In this document: in pieces, positions 61,946 through 64,000 of the stretch
Position numbering within the stretch: position 1 is the first letter of the stretch
Layout: each line of letters begins with the position of its first letter
Origin: Blepharisma stoltei ATCC 30299
Lineage: Eukaryota > Protista > Ciliophora
DNA: 64,000 bases
Reading direction: 5' to 3'
NCBI GenBank assembly: GCA_965603825.1
Contig: CBFDEM010000048.1
Coordinates: 1 to 64,000 of the forward strand
Notes under the pieces: generated by a model
The model's input: the letters and a program-made list of their open reading frames with translations, nothing else
Databases searched by the model: none
Told to the model about the DNA's origin: nothing
Program-made: the position numbers and the translations under genes

Positions 61946-63805
61946 ATGGTAAAGACAGCAGGTCAAATAGAAACTAATAAAGGAAACCTTGAAGACAACT
62001 CGGATAGAGATGAGAGAAATATGAAGATAGAGTCAATTCCTTCAGAATCAGAAGCTTTAAATCCAAATATTTCTCAGCAAAGAGTTCAGTTGACATGGGA
62101 TGATGTCAATTATAGGGTAACTATCAACCATAAAGAACAAGAAATACTCAAAGGAGTCTCAGGTTTTGCAAATCCCGGCGAATTTCTAGCTATTATGGGT
62201 TCGTCAGGCGCAGGAAAAACAACACTTCTTAATCTGCTCGCAGGCAGGATTAATCCTAACTCTCGCAGCTCTGGAACAATTATGGTTAATGGTACAGACA
62301 TTCAATCGTTCAATTACAAGAAAATCACTGCATATATCACCCAAATGGACATTTTACTGCCAACTATGACGGTAAGAGAGTCGATCATGTTTTCTGCCAA
62401 AATGAGGATCCCAGGGACTGATCAGGAAATCAAGGAAAAAGTTGACACAATAATGGCAGCTTTGAGGCTTGAAAAAGTAGCTGAAAATATTGTAGGGAGT
62501 GTCATGGTTAAAGGGATTTCAGGAGGAGAACGCAAAAGAACTTGCATTGCGATTGAAATTATTTCGAATCCGTCTATCATCATTTTAGATGAGCCGACAT
62601 CTGGACTTGACAGTTTTACAGCAGAAGTGCTGATTGACTTGCTAAAAGAGCAAGCACGTAATGGAAAAACTGTTATTTCCACAATACATCAGCCAAGTAC
62701 TAAGGTTTTCAATAAATTTGACAAATTAATTTTATTAACTGAAGGGTATACCATTTATCAAGGCCCAGCTACAAAATCAAGAAGATACTTCGCCAAATTA
62801 GGGTACAAATGTCCTAGGCAAGTAAACCCTGCTGACTATTTTATGAGAATGCTGCATGTAGTCAATAGATATGATAAGACTGAAGAAGAACAAAATTTAT
62901 TAGATAAACTAAATGAAGCTTACAAAAAAAATGAGCCAAAGAATGACTCTGACTTATTTTATCTTACACCAATAGAAAGCCACTCAGTATATAGCCTTAA
63001 TTTTCGCTCAAAAATCGCTTTACTATGAAAGCGATCATTTGTTAACGCAGCCAGAAACCCTATGCTTAGTAGAGTGAGGATTATTCAATATGTTATAAAT
63101 GCAACTCTTGTGGACCTTCTATTCCATGGCTTATCAGAAACCCAGAGAGGCCTTCTCAATACTAATGGAGTTCTATTTTTTTCAATAAATATATCAATTG
63201 TATTAACCAATAACTCCTCAGCACTGACTTTCCCAATAGAAAGACCTATATTTTTAAAAGAAATAGGCCAAGGGCTCTATGGCTCAGCTATCTATTATGT
63301 AGCAAAAAACCTTTCAGAACTGCCTATGCAGATCATTGCTCCTCTAATCTATGCACTAATGACTTATTTTGCATTAGGACTTAAATTAACAGCGGGCAAG
63401 TTTTTTACGTATTTTGCAATTTTAATGCTCACGCAAATGTCAGGGGTTGGACTTGGATATTTGGTAGGCGCGTCTACTGAAAATGTGCTATTGGCTCATG
63501 CATTTGCAGCACTTATTCCTAGTGGGCTGATGATTTTTGGAGGAATGTATGGGAATCTAGAAAGCATGAATAACGCGTTTAGCTGAATCCAATATATTTC
63601 ACCGTTCAGTTGGGCATTTAAATCTTTGACGATAAACCAATATAGAGACAACAGCTTTGATTGTAGCCCATCTTGTGATCCTTTAGACAGACTTGGATTT
63701 CATGATCCGCTATGGCAAGATATTATATGTCTGTGTGCTTTAATGCTAGGATATAGAATTCTTGCTTATGTCTTATTGAGAATTGGGCTAAAGAAAAGGT
63801 CATAG
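61946..63805 (+). CDS. ABCG half transporter 4 (tandem paralog of 3)
   Basis: ORFs 61946 and 63062 join through TGA 63026 and TGA 63584; ends at TAG 63803-63805. Confidence 0.93.
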
Positions 63806-63867
63806 AAAAGCTTAATAAAAATAAATTTTTTAATAAATTTGATGATTTTCTGATTTATCTAATATTT

Positions 63868-64000
63868 TTACTTCAAAGCGTTAAACCTTGACTCCAAATC
63901 ATCTACCGGTGGCGTTTTTTCTTCTTCCATCATTCCATTTTTGATTTTTCCGGTCGGTCCGGAATCTAGCTGCCCTGCTATTTCTACTCCAATTTCACTT
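63868..64000 (-). CDS. 3' end of an ESCRT-III subunit (CHMP2/Vps2-like), partial
   Basis: SEIGVEIAGQLDSGPTG...DDLESRFNALK* ends in a MIM1-type motif. The gene continues beyond the window. Confidence 0.7.
   Translation of the reverse strand, partial: SEIGVEIAGQLDSGPTGKIKNGMMEEEKTPPVDDLESRFNALK

Noticed and set aside
17162-62682. Antisense ORFs such as 29656-30213 (+), 56509-56934 (+) and 59666-60007 (-)
   Set aside because: They lie opposite well-supported genes and show no motifs; they are shadow ORFs.
63026-63028. UGA=Cys (Euplotes-type) or Sec, since this TGA aligns with Cys in two ABCG paralogs, as does 6159 in Kelch
   Set aside because: These are variable positions, while invariant sites point to Trp. 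No SECIS was recognised.
16546-63805. Many TGA-terminated ORF pieces read as pseudogenes or separate genes
   Set aside because: The pieces are in frame and TGA aligns with conserved Trp, so they are intact genes.

Overview
Telomere-capped end of a eukaryotic chromosome, most likely from a heterotrich ciliate of the Blepharisma type. This is inferred from three features seen in the sequence: a (CCCTAACA)n telomere, UGA read as Trp with UAA/UAG as stops, and 15-16 nt GT-AG introns. The supplied ORF track treats TGA as stop, so it splits most real genes; I rebuilt them by hand. Bases 1-4662 are a perfect 8-mer telomeric array. About 4.7-16.5 kb is a subtelomeric patchwork: three Kelch-family paralogs, one split by a ~2.4 kb insert carrying a MULE transposase fragment, plus relics of SCOT, EF-hand, USP and E2 genes. 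From 16.5 to 64 kb lies a dense, nearly intronless gene array. It holds an Obg GTPase, three PH-kinases, a CDPK, a kinase-RING-IBR fusion, KBL/GCAT, a membrane PDE, a PX-START protein, an AGC kinase, a Cys-rich surface protein and a syntaxin. It also holds four ABCG half-transporters, a P4-ATPase, a ~2520 aa IP3R/RyR-like channel, ALDH3, a tepsin-like VHS protein and the 3' end of a CHMP2-like gene. The most interesting unexplained element is a ~300 nt structured intergenic island at 35731-36028. On the minus strand it starts ACUUACC, folds as a four-way junction and has a U1-type Sm site, so it may be an enlarged U1-like snRNA; G-U pairing bias argues for the plus strand instead.
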